Shown: positions 1 to 14,000, numbered from the stretch's first letter. The stretch is 64,000 nucleotides of DNA from Eledone cirrhosa (GCA_964016885.1 OZ024740.1:52948001-53012000); one strand, 5' to 3'. Notes: a model not told the origin generated them from the letters alone. A program made the numbers and translations.

Positions 1-1800
1 TTATGTAATTAAGCGTATCATTCGGCTTTCTATACGGGTAATACAACCCATTCGATAAATTGAGGGTAACGTCGAGGTAATTAACGACCGAGAGATTGGC
101 CTCAACCTGTATAGACAGGTTGAAGCCTTTAAAGAAGGCTGTGAGTTCTTTTCTGAACCTGTCGCAAGCACGAGGTCCGCACTTAGTCATGGTCAAAAGA
201 CCATCGAACGGTACAAACCACCGCCCGCGTTGGGGAATTCGTCCTTGATAGAGAAAAGAAGGAAAAGGCCGATAAGATCAGAAACCTCCGCAGAATTGCT
301 AGCGCCCATACTCACGTCGAATGGGGTACTATTGGATTTTTTAATCAAAATAGAGTCGTCGAAATTAATCACCGACTTACGGGCATTGAGGATGACATCA
401 ACTTCGAAATCCTTAACCACTGTGAGTGTTTTAGCGAAATTGAAAGCTCTAAGGAGAAGTGGTAAAGTGATGGAGGAGTAGTAATTGTTGATGTCGAATT
501 GGATAAAACGGCAATGTTCCTTGTTACATATGCCGTTGAACCAATCAATCACCGCGAAAGAATTGTTCCACAGTGCAAGAGGGGCCAAACTTCTAATTTC
601 AGATATAATTCTACCAAGAACCCTTTTACTAAGTCTACCTCAATTGGACTTCGTAGGGTTAATAAGCCGAATAGAGGGGTTGTTCGGAAAATTGGATTTG
701 TGATCCTTCAGGGTAAAGTGGGGTAAATAGGGTCCAGAGGTTCGGTCCGGTCCAGGATGTTGAGATCAGAGGTGATTTTAAACCCAGCATCGTTGATTTC
801 ATTGATGGCGCACCGATTAGTTTTACGGTAATCCTTAGTTACAGCATTATGTAGTAGTTGATGGTAAGTACTGCGCTCCACTTGATATAGGTTGCCAGTT
901 TTGTCGGAATGGACGTGCACGGCATTAGAATCCTTAATAGAACGAATTCTATTCTTCAGGTCCTGCTGGAAGGAATTGCTCCTATTCCGAAATTTGATAC
1001 TCCGTATGAGTTCCAAGACATCATTTTCGAAGGGTAGCAATGCTGGGTTACACGGGGGGTTATTATAGGTTTTAAACCCAAATTTATCCTGTTTGTTGTC
1101 TGCTTTTTGCGGATTATCGAAATAAAAGGCATGCCAACGCAACCTTTTAATGAACGCGTCTGTTTTCTGTATCAGGAGTTTTAGGTATGTTTTCCTGCTT
1201 GGTACCGGTATGTTCTTTGTAGAAATATTCAGATGTTGTTTCTGCATGATGAATATAAGTCAAAAGAGTGCTCAACCGAGGGAGCCAAATAGTAATAATA
1301 ATAAATTTGAAGACTAAAATCCAAAGAGGGCTCGATAAGGATATATATATATCAAATATATAAGAACCGTAGAGCAAATATTTATTAAAATAACAGATTA
1401 AAGTTTAAACAAAGAATCGCTGCTTTCACCCTTAACGGGATCTTCTGAAACTAACAAAGTCAATCTGTAAACGCAGAAGTCGATATTTAAAAAAACGTTG
1501 CAACCGGAGGAAGACAGGAAGACGATACTTTGGTTCGTGGAAACGTTCCCTGGTAAAGAACGGGAAAAAACGAATATAATACGTCATTAATAGGAGCGGT
1601 GAAAAACAATTAGGCGCAAAGACAGAACCACGTTTATGGTATAAAAGAAGTCGTAGACTAATGTTCTCTTAGGTGGTTCATAGAGACGTTCTCTGGCAAT
1701 GTATCCATATGTTGAAAATGTTGTAGGTTAAAATAAATCCCGGAAAACAATAAAACATCAGAAGGAAAACGGAGTCATGTTATAAGTTAAAACAATGATA
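1..1800 (-). mobile_element. Penelope-like element (Penelope/Poseidon-type), disrupted RT ORF plus upstream pLTR/UTR; runs off the left edge of the window
   Basis: The ORF starts at 1247 (MQKQHLNISTKNIPVPS..RLRWHAFYF..SDKTGNLY). After a frameshift it reads TLKDHK..RLINP, then FIQFDINNYYSSI, FDVSMGASNSAEVSDLIGL, GLYR/DG (broken YRDDG) and VNYLDVTLNL near 60-90. A degenerate HHR-like motif lies at ~1415-1450. The right boundary is approximate and is set at the (TA)n. Confidence 0.85.
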
Positions 1801-1818
1801 TATATATATATTTCAAAG

Positions 1819-2113
1819 GCAACTTACTAGCTGATAAATAAGTGTCTTGCGTATGAACAGAGAAGAGTGCCAGTCACGGAATACGAACAGTCACCACACA
1901 GTGTCTGGATTATTGGTACACCATAGATATATACATAGACATGTATGTAAAAGGTAAACAGAAATAACAACACAATCGGTACAGTATATGGAAGGGATAT
2001 ATTAAGTTAACGCTTGATATAGCAGGAACAGGGTCTTAACGTTTCGGACGCTAGTCCTTCATCAGAAGAAAGAATAAGAAATTAGATAGATTGAGGGGAC
2101 GGGTGGGTTGGAA
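1819..2113 (-). repeat. ~295-bp dispersed HHR-bearing repeat, copy 1 (copy 2 at 6815-7109)
   Basis: Near-identical sequence GCAACTTACTAGCTGATAAATAAG...GGGTTGGAA recurs 4996 bp downstream. Confidence 0.9.
2034..2069 (-). ncRNA. Minimal type I hammerhead ribozyme
   Basis: RNA reads UCUU CUGAUGA A GGAC-UAGC-GUCC GAAAC GUU AAGA. Stem I is UCUU/AAGA, stem II is GGAC/GUCC, and stem III is the loopless palindrome ACGU (dimer type). Confidence 0.8.
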
Positions 2114-2520
2114 TTAGAAAAAAATGTCTTTAGATAAAAATAACAGGTCCATTCATGTTCACATCTCTTGCAAAACTGTTGGTGCTGGCGTTTGAAATTT
2201 TCATAGCAAGAATTTGTATTCGCTCCGCATAATGACGTAATTATCCTTGCATACCTTTCGCCCATCTCATTAGAACATCTTCAAGTAGTGCTGTTATGCC
2301 TTCCTGTTTTCTAAAGGCAATATTTAGTCATAACGCTTTTGAAATATTTACTCCTGTGTCTACAGATTAATTTTTCTCAGTTTTAAAAGATCCCGCTTCG
2401 GGTGAAAGCAGTAATTTATTGCTTAAACTTTTAATCTGTACTAATAGTAAATATTCGGTCTACGGGTTTATATATACAATCCGTATCGAGTGCTCTTAGG
2501 ATTTTCATGATTGTATTTAT
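2110..2520 (+). mobile_element. Old diverged PLE pLTR fragment, inverted relative to 1300-1620
   Basis: Aligns by eye to the reverse complement of 1300-1600 (cgctcc..taatgacgta, agatccc..gggtgaaagcag, tctacgg..atatat..tcgag..ctct..ggatttt). Confidence 0.6.
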
Positions 2521-2522
2521 TA

Positions 2523-2700
<178 letters not shown>

Positions 2701-3529
2701 ATAATTGTAAATCGAATTTTAGCTGCAGTACAGCAAGTACTGTTCGATTTGTTCGAGGCAACCACAAAGCACTCAATGTGTCAAAAGTTAAAAAGCATAG
2801 TTATAAATTTTGACACCAAGAAAACCGACCGAAGGCATCAGTTATATATACAACAAAATTACGATAGATACAGTCGAATAATAACAAGATCAAGGCAGAG
2901 ATGCAAAAGCACAAACTAGCTTCATGCTTGGGAATGTAGCTAAATACGTTAGTCTTTCCTTATGAAATATTAAAGTGCAAGGAGAAAGGAGGTTTGAAAA
3001 AATGAGGAGCTTTTTCAAGAAGAGTGAGAAGGGGAGACAAATGGTCAAGCGTGCGAAAGTAGGGGTCAAAGTGGGGAGTCCAGGTTGTATCATTGGTTCT
3101 GTTATGTGTGCGCAAATGGAATGAATTTCGTGGGTGTACATGTCGTTGGTGTTATTTATACTATGTCTGTGTATGTGTGTGCGCGTGTTTTGTGTATTGT
3201 TGATAGACGTATGTGTCTGTGAGTTTTGTGTAGTTTTATGTGTGCGTATGTTTACACATGTGTGTGTGTGTGTTTGGATGATTTTATGCGGTTATTAATG
3301 TGTGTATGTTTGTTTAAGCGTGTCTGTGCAAAAACTGGTATGATTCTCAGTATCCGTGAGCGCGCGCGTGTGTGTATGTGTGTGTGTGTGTGTATGCGTG
3401 TGTGTACCAAATAAGCTGAAAGATATACATCTAGAGCTTGTGATTAAAGTATTCGATGGAGAGAAATAGTGTGCAGTGGTCTGTTGTCTGTGGCGAGGTA
3501 CCTGGTTGCCTATTCATATACATGTGCGT

Positions 3530-3712
<183 letters not shown>

Positions 3713-5569
3713 ATGTATGTATGTATATCGTTGCACGACTTCTCGTTGAGCGAATTTTTATCGAAACATTTCAGAGAATAATTTTGTAAATATATTATTT
3801 TGTAGAATGATTTTTATATAATATGAAAAACGAATTTCCATCCAAAAATTCAAACGTTGGGTTAAAAGAATGTCCAGAACTTAAAAATTTCTATCTGTAC
3901 CAGTTTTATTAATACTATATTGTAATATCAACAACAACTCCGAATCATATGTCAGCTAAAAAATTATTCTAAAAGTAATATATTTACAAAATTATTCTAT
4001 AAAACACGTTTCAAGAATTATTATCAAAACACAGTGTAAAATATTTGTATAGTCTTGTTTAACATTTAAAAAAAATGTTGTTTGGCCTCCACAAACATTG
4101 TTGGTAAACCCTGATCCTGCAGTTATAAGATCAACAGCTTTCTAGCTATGACCACTTGTTAAAATTATGCTGGACAATAATATCTGCTGTATCATTGCCC
4201 GTTTTAAGACGGCGAGATGTAATTTTAGGGAAATTTGGTTACTTTTTCATTGGCTCGTTCTCTATGAGTTTGTTCTCAATACTCAGACTTAACCAGCTAT
4301 GACCATAACTCCTTTTCGTATATCTATACCGACATTATTCAATGTGATGTGACTTTCTATTTCAAGGCGACAAGGGGGTGATTTGATGTAGGTGATTTGC
4401 TGTTATTTTTAACAAGTCGAAAGATCACGCAATGAGTTTCGTGTTTGTTTGTCCTAAATAAGTGTAATTTCGAGAGGCGAAGGCTTAACAGGCTGATTTT
4501 CCCAAGTTGCACTTTCATACGAATAGGCTTTACTCTACTACTAAAAGTTATTTCATCAAATCACGAGTACTGGGGAGCAACACCATCCACCCAACCCGAT
4601 AATATTGATTCAGAAACTAAGTATTTTAACCTGAAGGAAGTGTTGTTATTACTAAATTATTATACATTTTATCATTTATAGTAACACTCGTTTCGACAAG
4701 AAGGCGGGGCTAAATATTCAGACTATTAATGTTGTGCCTTTCAGTATACTGTACTGGAATTGACCTATGCCAGAAAGCTAGCTGGCAGATGAATTTAGTT
4801 GTAGTAATTCTTACGTATAGAAAATCAAGACGGTATTGAGTTTATGAAGACAAATCTTGGCCCATTACATTACATAGAAAATCTGTTGTTGGCTCATTAA
4901 ACGCCTTGGTGATAAAGAGGAGGAAAAAGAGAATAAAAGTGAATGTGAGGCAAAAGGAATACACGAAGAAAAGGATAAGTTGTGAGAGGGTAGGAAGAAA
5001 ACGCAGTGTGAATTCGGAAGAGGAAAATGTGGAGGTGGAGCTAATATAACCCTGTGATACATTCATGTGTATTTAACAGCTACGAACTGGCCAGGTTTGT
5101 TGGTAATGTGGAGAATATAATCTTCGTTTGCCTTAAGATACAATGATACCGTTTAAAATGAACGAATAGATCGGTCTGTATCTAAGATAATTAGTTGGTG
5201 TTGAGCTTGCAGGGAGAAAAAGAGATGGATTGAGAACATTACTTAATAACGAAGGAATTAGAGTCAGGTGCCCTGGAAACGGACAGTGAGTTATTTAGGT
5301 AGATTAAGAACGCTAATGAATTAATAGACGTTTTTTTTCCTTGAGGTGGATTTGACTTGACAGGACGTGACATTTTGTAATTGATCCGTTAAACACTACA
5401 GGACACACTACAGATCCACATCATTTGGCTACAGAAATATCTAATATAATAAATATATGTTTAACACAATGATGACACACATTTATGCGACTGTATAGAT
5501 ATATATTGACCAAGGGAGCACACACATACACACTAGCGAACACGAATACACACGATCCTACAAACACAA

Positions 5570-5658
<89 letters not shown>

Positions 5659-5885
5659 TTGGATTATATTCGGAAAAATATAAATATACAGAGACAGATG
5701 CTTGCTCATATAAAATTATAAATCGCCCGAAAAGACTTCACTTGCATTTAGAAGGAAAATTCACGTAAACAAAAAGAAACATATACCAAAAAATCTAACA
5801 CACATATATGTATTTATACGTGCATATACAAATATATGTGTTTATGCATGTATATATCTATATATGTATGCATATATAAATATAT

Positions 5886-6249
5886 ATTAGGTAGTAACAT
5901 GTGCTTATGCCGTATTTGACTAAATAGAATTAGTCTGTTAGTTGGGATTAAAAAAAAACCCCTCTGAATTGAAAAAAAAGAGGGATGAGTATTGACGAAC
6001 ATGAGACACGAACCCACATCTTTGGTTTGTCGGACCAATGTGTTACCATTACACCAACACGCCACCCGTTTGTGGCGCGTTAGTGTAATTGAATTAGTAG
6101 CTATATAACTAATACAGGTATATATATAGATGTGGGTTCGTATCCCGTCAATACTCATCCTTTTTTCCATTCAGAGGGTTCTTAAAAAATTCCCAACTAA
6201 CAGACTATTATTTAGTCAAATACGGCAGAAGCACATGTTACTATCTAAT
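5886..6249. mobile_element. Fold-back (head-to-head) element with a tRNA-like head
   Basis: Arms 5886-6065 and 6072-6249 are inverted repeats. The minus strand at 5993-6063 reads GGCGTGTTGGTGTAATGGTAACACATTGGT-CCGACAA-ACCAAAGATGTGGG-TTCGTGT-CTCATGTTCGTCA, with an A box, an anticodon-like arm and a B box. Confidence 0.7.
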
Positions 6250-6518
6250 TTTCAAATTCGCTAGCCGTTTGTAAACAAGGCTTGATTTGTTTCTCCCTAT
6301 CTGTATACATAAATATATACACACACACACACATATACATATACACAGGCACATATATATCTTTACATACATTCATATATATATATATATATACTTTGGC
6401 AAAAGATATGCAAGACATGTATATCAAAGAACTATACAAATACAAATATATACAGGCCATGAAAGAGCATGACTGCGCTGTACAAATAGCGTTTAGTATA
6501 GTATGCCATAAGATCTTT

Positions 6519-6795
6519 GTACAGGCGTGGCCTAGTGGTTAGAGTGTTGGACTTACAGTCATGATGTTGTGAGTTCTATTTCTGGAACAGGTTGTATGTT
6601 CTTGATCAAAACACTTTATTCCACGTTGCTCTAGTGTACTCAGCCCTAGTGCCAGCAGTAGCTCTCGGTTTTATTCAGCGTTGGACTGACGTCTTATCCA
6701 GGGGTGATTCTTGTTCTCTCAGTTGCTCAACGCCAAGGAAACTGGGATAATAACAAGCCCAACGAGGCTCCGGGCTTTGGACAGACTTTAGACTT
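6519..6795 (+). mobile_element. tRNA-derived SINE with a Meta/V-domain-like body
   Basis: A box TGGCCTAGTGG and a degenerate B box GAGTTCTATTTC. These are followed by GTTCTTGATCAAAACACTTT and TGGACTGACGTCTTATCCAGGGGTG..CTCAGTTGCTCAACGCCAAGGAAACTGGGATAA, which resemble conserved SINE central domains. Confidence 0.65.
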
Positions 6796-6814
6796 ATTTT
6801 TTTATAGCACAGTA

Positions 6815-7109
6815 GCAACTTACTAGCTGATAAATAAGTGTCTTGCGTATGAACAGAGAAGAGTGCCAGTCACGGAATACGAACAGTCACCACACAGTGT
6901 CTGGATTATTGGTACACCACAGATATATACATAGACATGTATGTAAAAGGTAAACAGAAATAACAACACAATCGGTACAGTATATGGAAGGGATATATTA
7001 AGTTAACGCTTGATATAGCAGGAACAGGGTCTTAACGTTTCGGACGCTAGTCCTTCATCAAAAGAAAGAATGAGAAATAAGATAAATTGAGGGGACGGGA
7101 GGGTTGGAA
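6815..7109 (-). repeat. ~295-bp HHR-bearing repeat, copy 2 (core mutated to UUGAUGA)
   Basis: Duplicate of 1819-2113, with TCATCAA in place of TCATCAG. Confidence 0.9.
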
Positions 7110-7801
7110 CACTGCAATTTTGAATAAACAAAAGATGGTAAAAATAATGCTCTACATTAAAAAAACGTCGACATTTTAATAAATTATTGTGTAGTTTCAT
7201 TTAAGTTTTTGAAGTTTATGGAACTTGTCATTTTATATTAGTTGGTTCTGTGAAGCTTTAGAAATGTCAGATGAAAGATGAAGCGTTATTTAGAGAAAGA
7301 AAGAAAGAGAAAGAGAGAGAGGAGGAAGGAGAGAGAGAAAGAGAGAGAGTGAGGAAGGAGAGAGTAAAAGAGAAAGAGATATAAAATATATATACTGCGA
7401 TAGATAGATAGAGGGAGAGAGAGAGAGAGAGAGGGAGAGAGGGAGAGAGAGAGTAAGAGAGGGACAGAGAGAGGGAGTTTGAAAATATAGGTTGAAGGAA
7501 GAGGCTAGTACTATTCGTTGTCGGAAAAAACGCAAAAATCGGAAACTATTGTGATAATAAAAGTTTAGCTTTATGATTTCTTCTGAACACCGCTGCCTAG
7601 ACTAACCAACACTCCCGACTCTACTTTCTCACAACGCACAACTCAATCTTTACACCCCCGCTCTTCATTGGAATTTTTCTAACATCATTCTTGGCTTTTT
7701 ATAGTTGTTTCTATAACTCTTTAACAATCTTAATAGAACACAACGCACTGCCCGGTCCAGTATTGCGAGCTCAGTGCTCTAACCACTATGCCCTGCGCCG
7801 T

Positions 7802-8229
<428 letters not shown>

Positions 8230-8284
8230 GTTAGGTTTTTTTTACAAAAGTGTATGACACCGAAGTGTCATACACGAGTGAAAG

Positions 8285-8588
8285 TATAAAGAAAAAAGAT
8301 GAAATCGAAAATGCAACTGGAGTCTTATTTAAAAAAAAATATATATATTTATTTGGTTCCTTTACCGGTTTCGCAGTTCTTCTGCTTTTCAAAAGTAGAG
8401 TTGAGATGGAGGGTCTGTGGTTTTTCTCACATATGTATGATGTGAGAAAAACCACAGACCCTCCATCTCAACTCTACTTTTGAAAAGCAAAAGAACTGTG
8501 AAACCGGTAAAGGAACCAAATAAATATATATATTTAAAAAAAAATAAGACTCCAGTTGCAATTTCGATTTCATATTTTTTTCTTTATA
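8285..8588. mobile_element. Palindromic mini-element (~148-bp arms) with a U3:A8-type HHR in each arm
   Basis: Arms are 8285-8432 and 8440-8588. The HHR at 8360-8395(-) reads CUU UUGAAAA GCAG-AAGAA-CUGC GAAA CCGG UA AAG, and its mirror lies at 8477-8512(+). Confidence 0.8.
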
Positions 8589-8663
8589 TATATATATATA
8601 AGTATTGAAGTTTCCGTTGAAAATTGAAAAAGTCAGAGGAATGAAGAGTGCTCTAAAATTGCC

Positions 8664-8727
8664 TTGTCTGATGAACGAATGCGGACGTTTCTTGTATTCG
8701 TCTTATTCGGGAAACCTCTGGTAATGA
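8664..8727 (+). ncRNA. Type I hammerhead-like motif with a long stem II
   Basis: UUGU CUGAUGA ACGAAU...AUUCGG GAAAC CUCUG GUA AUGA. It is related to the HHR at 44942-45005. Confidence 0.6.
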
Positions 8728-8761
8728 TGTAATTATACTGTATTGTTTATTATACATTATA

Positions 8762-8803
<42 letters not shown>

Positions 8804-8921
8804 GTAATAATAATAACTTTGAAGACTAAAATCCAAAGAGGGCTCTATAAGGATAAATAAAATATCAAATATATAAGAACCGTAGAGCAAATATTTATTA
8901 ATATAAATATTTAATCTGTTA

Positions 8922-8980
<59 letters not shown>

Positions 8981-9237
8981 GGTGGGTAAATATTCTATAG
9001 CTGTTGATCGCGAATAGATGGCTGTCGTTTATTTATCTATTATTTCTTGATAGGTGACTTTTAATCTTATAGCCTGGTTTAATTGGTTTTTTGTGTGGTT
9101 GATTATGCTAATTGGGAGAGGAAATCGTGTATATATCTTATCAAATAATTCTATGGATATAATTTATAGTATATATATATATATATATATATGAAACAAA
9201 AACAAAGAGCGCTTACATCATCAATTAATCTTTATTT

Positions 9238-9282
9238 GCTGTCAGTGTTTCGTCCTTGCATAATTGCAGGACTCATCAGAGC
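9238..9282 (-). ncRNA. Hammerhead motif, probably inactivated (GAC at the cleavage triplet)
   Basis: GCU CUGAUGA GUCC UGCA-AUUA-UGCA A GGAC GAAAC ACU GAC AGC. Confidence 0.6.
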
Positions 9283-9962
9283 GTTATAAAGAGGAATTAG
9301 ATCAATAGTATAAACTCCACCGGCCTATATCACAAGAACGATCCGTATGAAGCACAGAAGACTAAGAAGAGTGGGGTGCTTGGACGACGCGTCACCGCTA
9401 GAAGCCGATACATATAAGACCAAAATCAGTTACAATAATTAAAGATAAGGAAAAATAAAATATAAGGAAATTAAAGATAAGAGATAAAACGTAAAGAGTA
9501 GAGACTAGAGGTAAAGATAAAATAAAGATAACAATAAAGGATGATAATATAATAAAAAAAAAAAAAAAAAAAATGAGAATAAAGTATGAGAATAAAAAAT
9601 AGGAGGTGATAAAAATAAAGATAAAAATAAAAATGGAACATAAAAGATAACACATTATATAAGCAATGCAAGTAAATGCAAGTAAATGTAGTTGTAGACA
9701 GTAAAGGATTTCAGAGGTGACAGTTTAAGAATATTATCAACCAAAGTGAATGATGTAGGTAGAGACAGATATAGCGGAAGCCAGATAAAGCGATCATATA
9801 GTGGAATTCCATGTATCCATCACAGTATGGCAACAAGTGTTATAGGTGGCGTTCAAATGCAATTTATCTGTGTGGTTCACAGAACATATAGGTCGCTAAA
9901 GCAAAGCGTAGTGGAAGCAGGTGAAAGCAATCATCATGGATATCATTAGAATATAACGTTTG

Positions 9963-10018
<56 letters not shown>

Positions 10019-10727
10019 TGTGTGTGTGTGTGTAAGTCTACATAGACCTACGTACATACGCACATACATATATATGTATATATATATATATACATACATA
10101 TATCTACGTGTTCCATTCGTCCGTGTTACCCTTTACGATTACAATACCATCCACTCCAGTCTCTTGTTGGGATCAATACTTCCGCATCATAGCTGTGGGG
10201 TTGTGAATCCATGCAATAGTAAGTTTCCGAGCATACCACGTGGTGTAACGAATGACTTAAATTATCCAAGTCATACAAGTATAGATGTAACTATACATAT
10301 CAATCTGTAAGGTACATTCGGCACATCCACTGTATCGCTTACTATATTCCAACCTCGTACAATGGTAATCCAATATGTTCTAATTCAATTAATTAACTCA
10401 AATCAATTGACCGTTTAATTCCAGTGTTTACAGCATTCCAGCGTTTCTGTGTTCTTCAGTTTGCCCGCATTCAAAGATCAACACTCAGAATATGATGACG
10501 TAGTAAACATTTCGAGTGGACATCATAACGCTCCTAGCAGGCCGGCCATTCCCTTGGGGGAAGGATAAGAGAACACACTCACTGTTTGGTTGGTTTTCGC
10601 TTCTCGCTGTCTTTTATATCTGCGATCTAACTTAATCGGTCCTCAATGTTGCCATTGACTGACCGACGGTCAAAAATAATACAGATACAATATAGACACA
10701 AACACATATATATAGTTTACATAATTT

Positions 10728-10767
10728 ACATAAATCTTTCGTTGCACATCTGCAACATCGTCAGTGG
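10728..10767 (-). ncRNA. Minimal HHR in the PLE 3' UTR (identical copy at 14853-14892)
   Basis: CCA CUGACGA U GUUGC-AGAUGU-GCAAC GAAAG AU UUA UGU. Stem I is weak. A homologous HHR lies at 59187-59229. Confidence 0.65.
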
Positions 10768-11037
10768 TGTTATATTTTTTCCTCCTGTTGTGTTGTATGT
10801 CTACGCCATTTTTTATTCAGTCTGTCTATATATTTATTTATTTATTTGCTTGTTTGTTTATTTTATTTTGTCTTCTTTGCGCATGCGTTTGCGTGTGTGT
10901 ATAGTGTTATGTTTGCTGTGTGACTAGTGTGTATAGTGTTGTGTCTGCTGGGTGACTAGTGTGTGTTTATGTGCTTGTTGTTATTGTGCTTGTGTATGTA
11001 TTTATTTATCTTATTTTATTTTATTTTATTTACTTAT

Positions 11038-14000
11038 TTATACTTCTCTTGGGTCAGTGTTGTTTGTTTGGGTGTTGTTGTTGTTCCACTCATTCTTTCT
11101 GTTTAGCTTTGGTCTTCTAATTTCTATTTCACTGGCCTCTCTGATTTGCCTATCTGCTGGGTCATTCCTATGTTTAGATATTATTCTAATTTCTATGTTG
11201 TCTATGTTACCGTCATGTTGTTGTCTAGCATGTTCGTATAGTACTGACCCGTTTTTTCGTCCTTTTAGTTCCCCCCAGTGTTGGTCTATCCTTTCACCTA
11301 TGCTACGAGCTGTTTCGCCTATGTATGTTGTTGTCATGTTTCTGCAAGTACCCTCTGTACATCTTATGCTATAGACTACGTTTCTAGTTTGACAGTTTAT
11401 CCGGGGGTTCACCTTACATATGATACATTTCCTATTGGTACAGTGGGTTTTCTTAAAAGGGTAGGTTTTGCTGATCATGGATTTTATGGTGGTTCCTGGC
11501 TTTTCTACCACCTTTATTTTTAAGTGGGTCTTTCTCAGGGCCTTTCTACACTGGTTAGCTAATTTCCCTCCAGGGGTGGCGTCCACAAACATGACACTCT
11601 GATATCTCTGGTTGTCGTACCATGATGTGGCCTTCCCTATCTTATGTCTAGCCCTATCTAAGCTATTCCATGATTTGCTCCTGTATAATGGGCAAATTCC
11701 TTTCATGTCCAGTTCTATGAGGGTCTTAAACTTTTCCATGGCTCCTTCGTATACTCTGACTCTGTCTCTTTGGTTTTAGCCAGAGAACTGCATGCGGTTG
11801 ATGAAGTGTTGGATGTGTCTTTCCATTTCTGTTGGGTCGCACATGCTGGACACATTCTTCATCACTCGTACCAAATCTGCGATCAGAATATTAAACTTAG
11901 CACTACTGGACATTGCTGAGTTTTTGAGTATCAGGTATTTGGAGGCCATGGGTTTAGCATAGTGTGAGTGGAGAATTTGGGCTCTCTCGTCTATAGTGTT
12001 AATCCAGAGTTCTGTGTCTAATACAGGTAGTCTATTGTTAGGGTGTTTGGAAGGGAAGTCGATAGTTACAGTTATACTCTGGTGTATGGAATTAGCTATC
12101 TGCTGGATGCTTTCCATCGTGCTACGTTCTAAATCAAACTTGTTAGTGCTCTCTAGTGGGGGTGTTCTTATAACTATATTGATATCGTCTACATAACGAG
12201 AGTACATGATGAGGTCTATGGAGCTTTTATTAAGGAGATCTTTAAGTCTCCTTTCCCACCATACCATGAAAAGGTTGGCAACATCACCAGCTATGCTGAC
12301 GCCGATGGCTGCTCCCTCATTTTGGGTGTAGATTTTCTCATTGAACTTAAATATGTGGCCCTCTAGGGTAGTTTTGATACTAGCCCCTATTGCATGTGCG
12401 ACCATTTTTCTTACCTGATCATTGTTTTGGGGGGTCCGTATAGCTTTGGTCCACCCAATCTACCTTCCCATGGGAGTCTTTTTTGCCATTGAGGTTATGG
12501 TGGGGGGGTCTACCTCTTATAGGTCTACTAGGGCAGAAACATCTAAGGTCATGGCTGTCTAGGTAGTCAGTGTCGTAGGTAAGTCTAAGTAGGAGGCCCA
12601 GTTCGTCTGTGTAGACGTCGCAGAACTCCACCTCACTCTCAATGATCATCTCCACACATCTTTTCACAGCAAAATCAATGTTAATGGATGGGTACAGTGA
12701 CACCACATCCATGCTGCCTATTATGCAGTTGGATAGGCTCCTGTTTTTGTTGCACTCACTGATTCTGCTGAGGAGGACCGCTGTACTTTCACATACATCT
12801 GGGGACATCTTGATTATGGGGCGTATAACCATTGAGAGGAAGTAGGAGATCCTGTAGTTGCTAGCTATATTAGCTCCGCATACGGGTCTTGTTGGTGGTC
12901 TTGTTGTCGGGTCGTCGACTGTCTTGTGGTCTTTGCGGAGCCCATACAAGGGTGGTATGCCATTGTTAGAAGCCTGGAAGTTGTTGGCAGTGCGTCTGCT
13001 TGGCTTTAGGATGTCAGTCCACATCATCATGTGAGCGTTGAGGATTTTTTCTCTCCCATCGTGTGTTTGTTGTGCAACTTCGCTCGTGTTGGTGATGTGG
13101 AGTTGCATAGCCTCGATGTAGTTCGGCATGCTATCTATTGACATCCTACCAGACTTATCTGTGGGTAGACACACTACCTCACCATCCCTTGTGCGCTGCT
13201 TGAGGCTAACCAAGCCTTCTACAGGTTTCCTCCCAAGTTGTTGGGCCTCTGGTCTGCTCTGTCTCTTAGTATACCTGTCTACTACTTGTCTAATCTTATT
13301 TCTAGCTATGGTGAACTGTGCCTCTGTCTCGTCATCTATTTGCTGTGGTATGCAAACTCTTTTATTAAAGGGTAACCTCGTAGGATAGATATTACCCATC
13401 TTATATGTTTTGTCAGCTGGGTTGAAAAATAGTTTCTCTAAGGGGTTGTCATTATATCTATCGTCATAGTTGTGTGTGTTGCTATTGTTGTTATCAGGGT
13501 GGTTGTTGTTGTTTCTATCATTAGCATTATTATTATTGTTATGATTGCTAGATGTATTGTTGTTTACTTCACCGTTATTGTTGTTGTTGTTACTGTTATT
13601 TCTACCATTGTGGTTGTTACTATTATTATGTTTCTTGTTTTTGTTGATGTTGCTACATGTACTATTTCCATTATTACCACTGTGGTTATTGTTGTTGTTG
13701 TTCGTATTGTTACCGTTATTACTACTGTGGTCGCTGTTGCTGTGTCTGTGGTTAATGTTTCTATTATTATTATTATTGTGGTTGTTGTTGTTCTGTCTAT
13801 CGCTAGTATTATTACCATTATCACTATTTCTCACTTTCCTGCCATTGTTATGGTTATGGCTGTTATTTCTATACCCAGAGTTATTGTTTATATTACTACT
13901 ACCGTTATTATTGTTGTTGTTGTTTACCTTTGCATTCCAACGTATTTTTGTGAAACACTTTTCCAGCTCCGTTTTGCACTCCATAGGGTTAATCTTTTTG

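Noticed and set aside
5993-6063. Functional tRNA-Val(GAC) gene
   Set aside because: The acceptor stem is mismatched, U33 is missing, and it sits in a fold-back repeat. I treat it as a tRNA-derived head.
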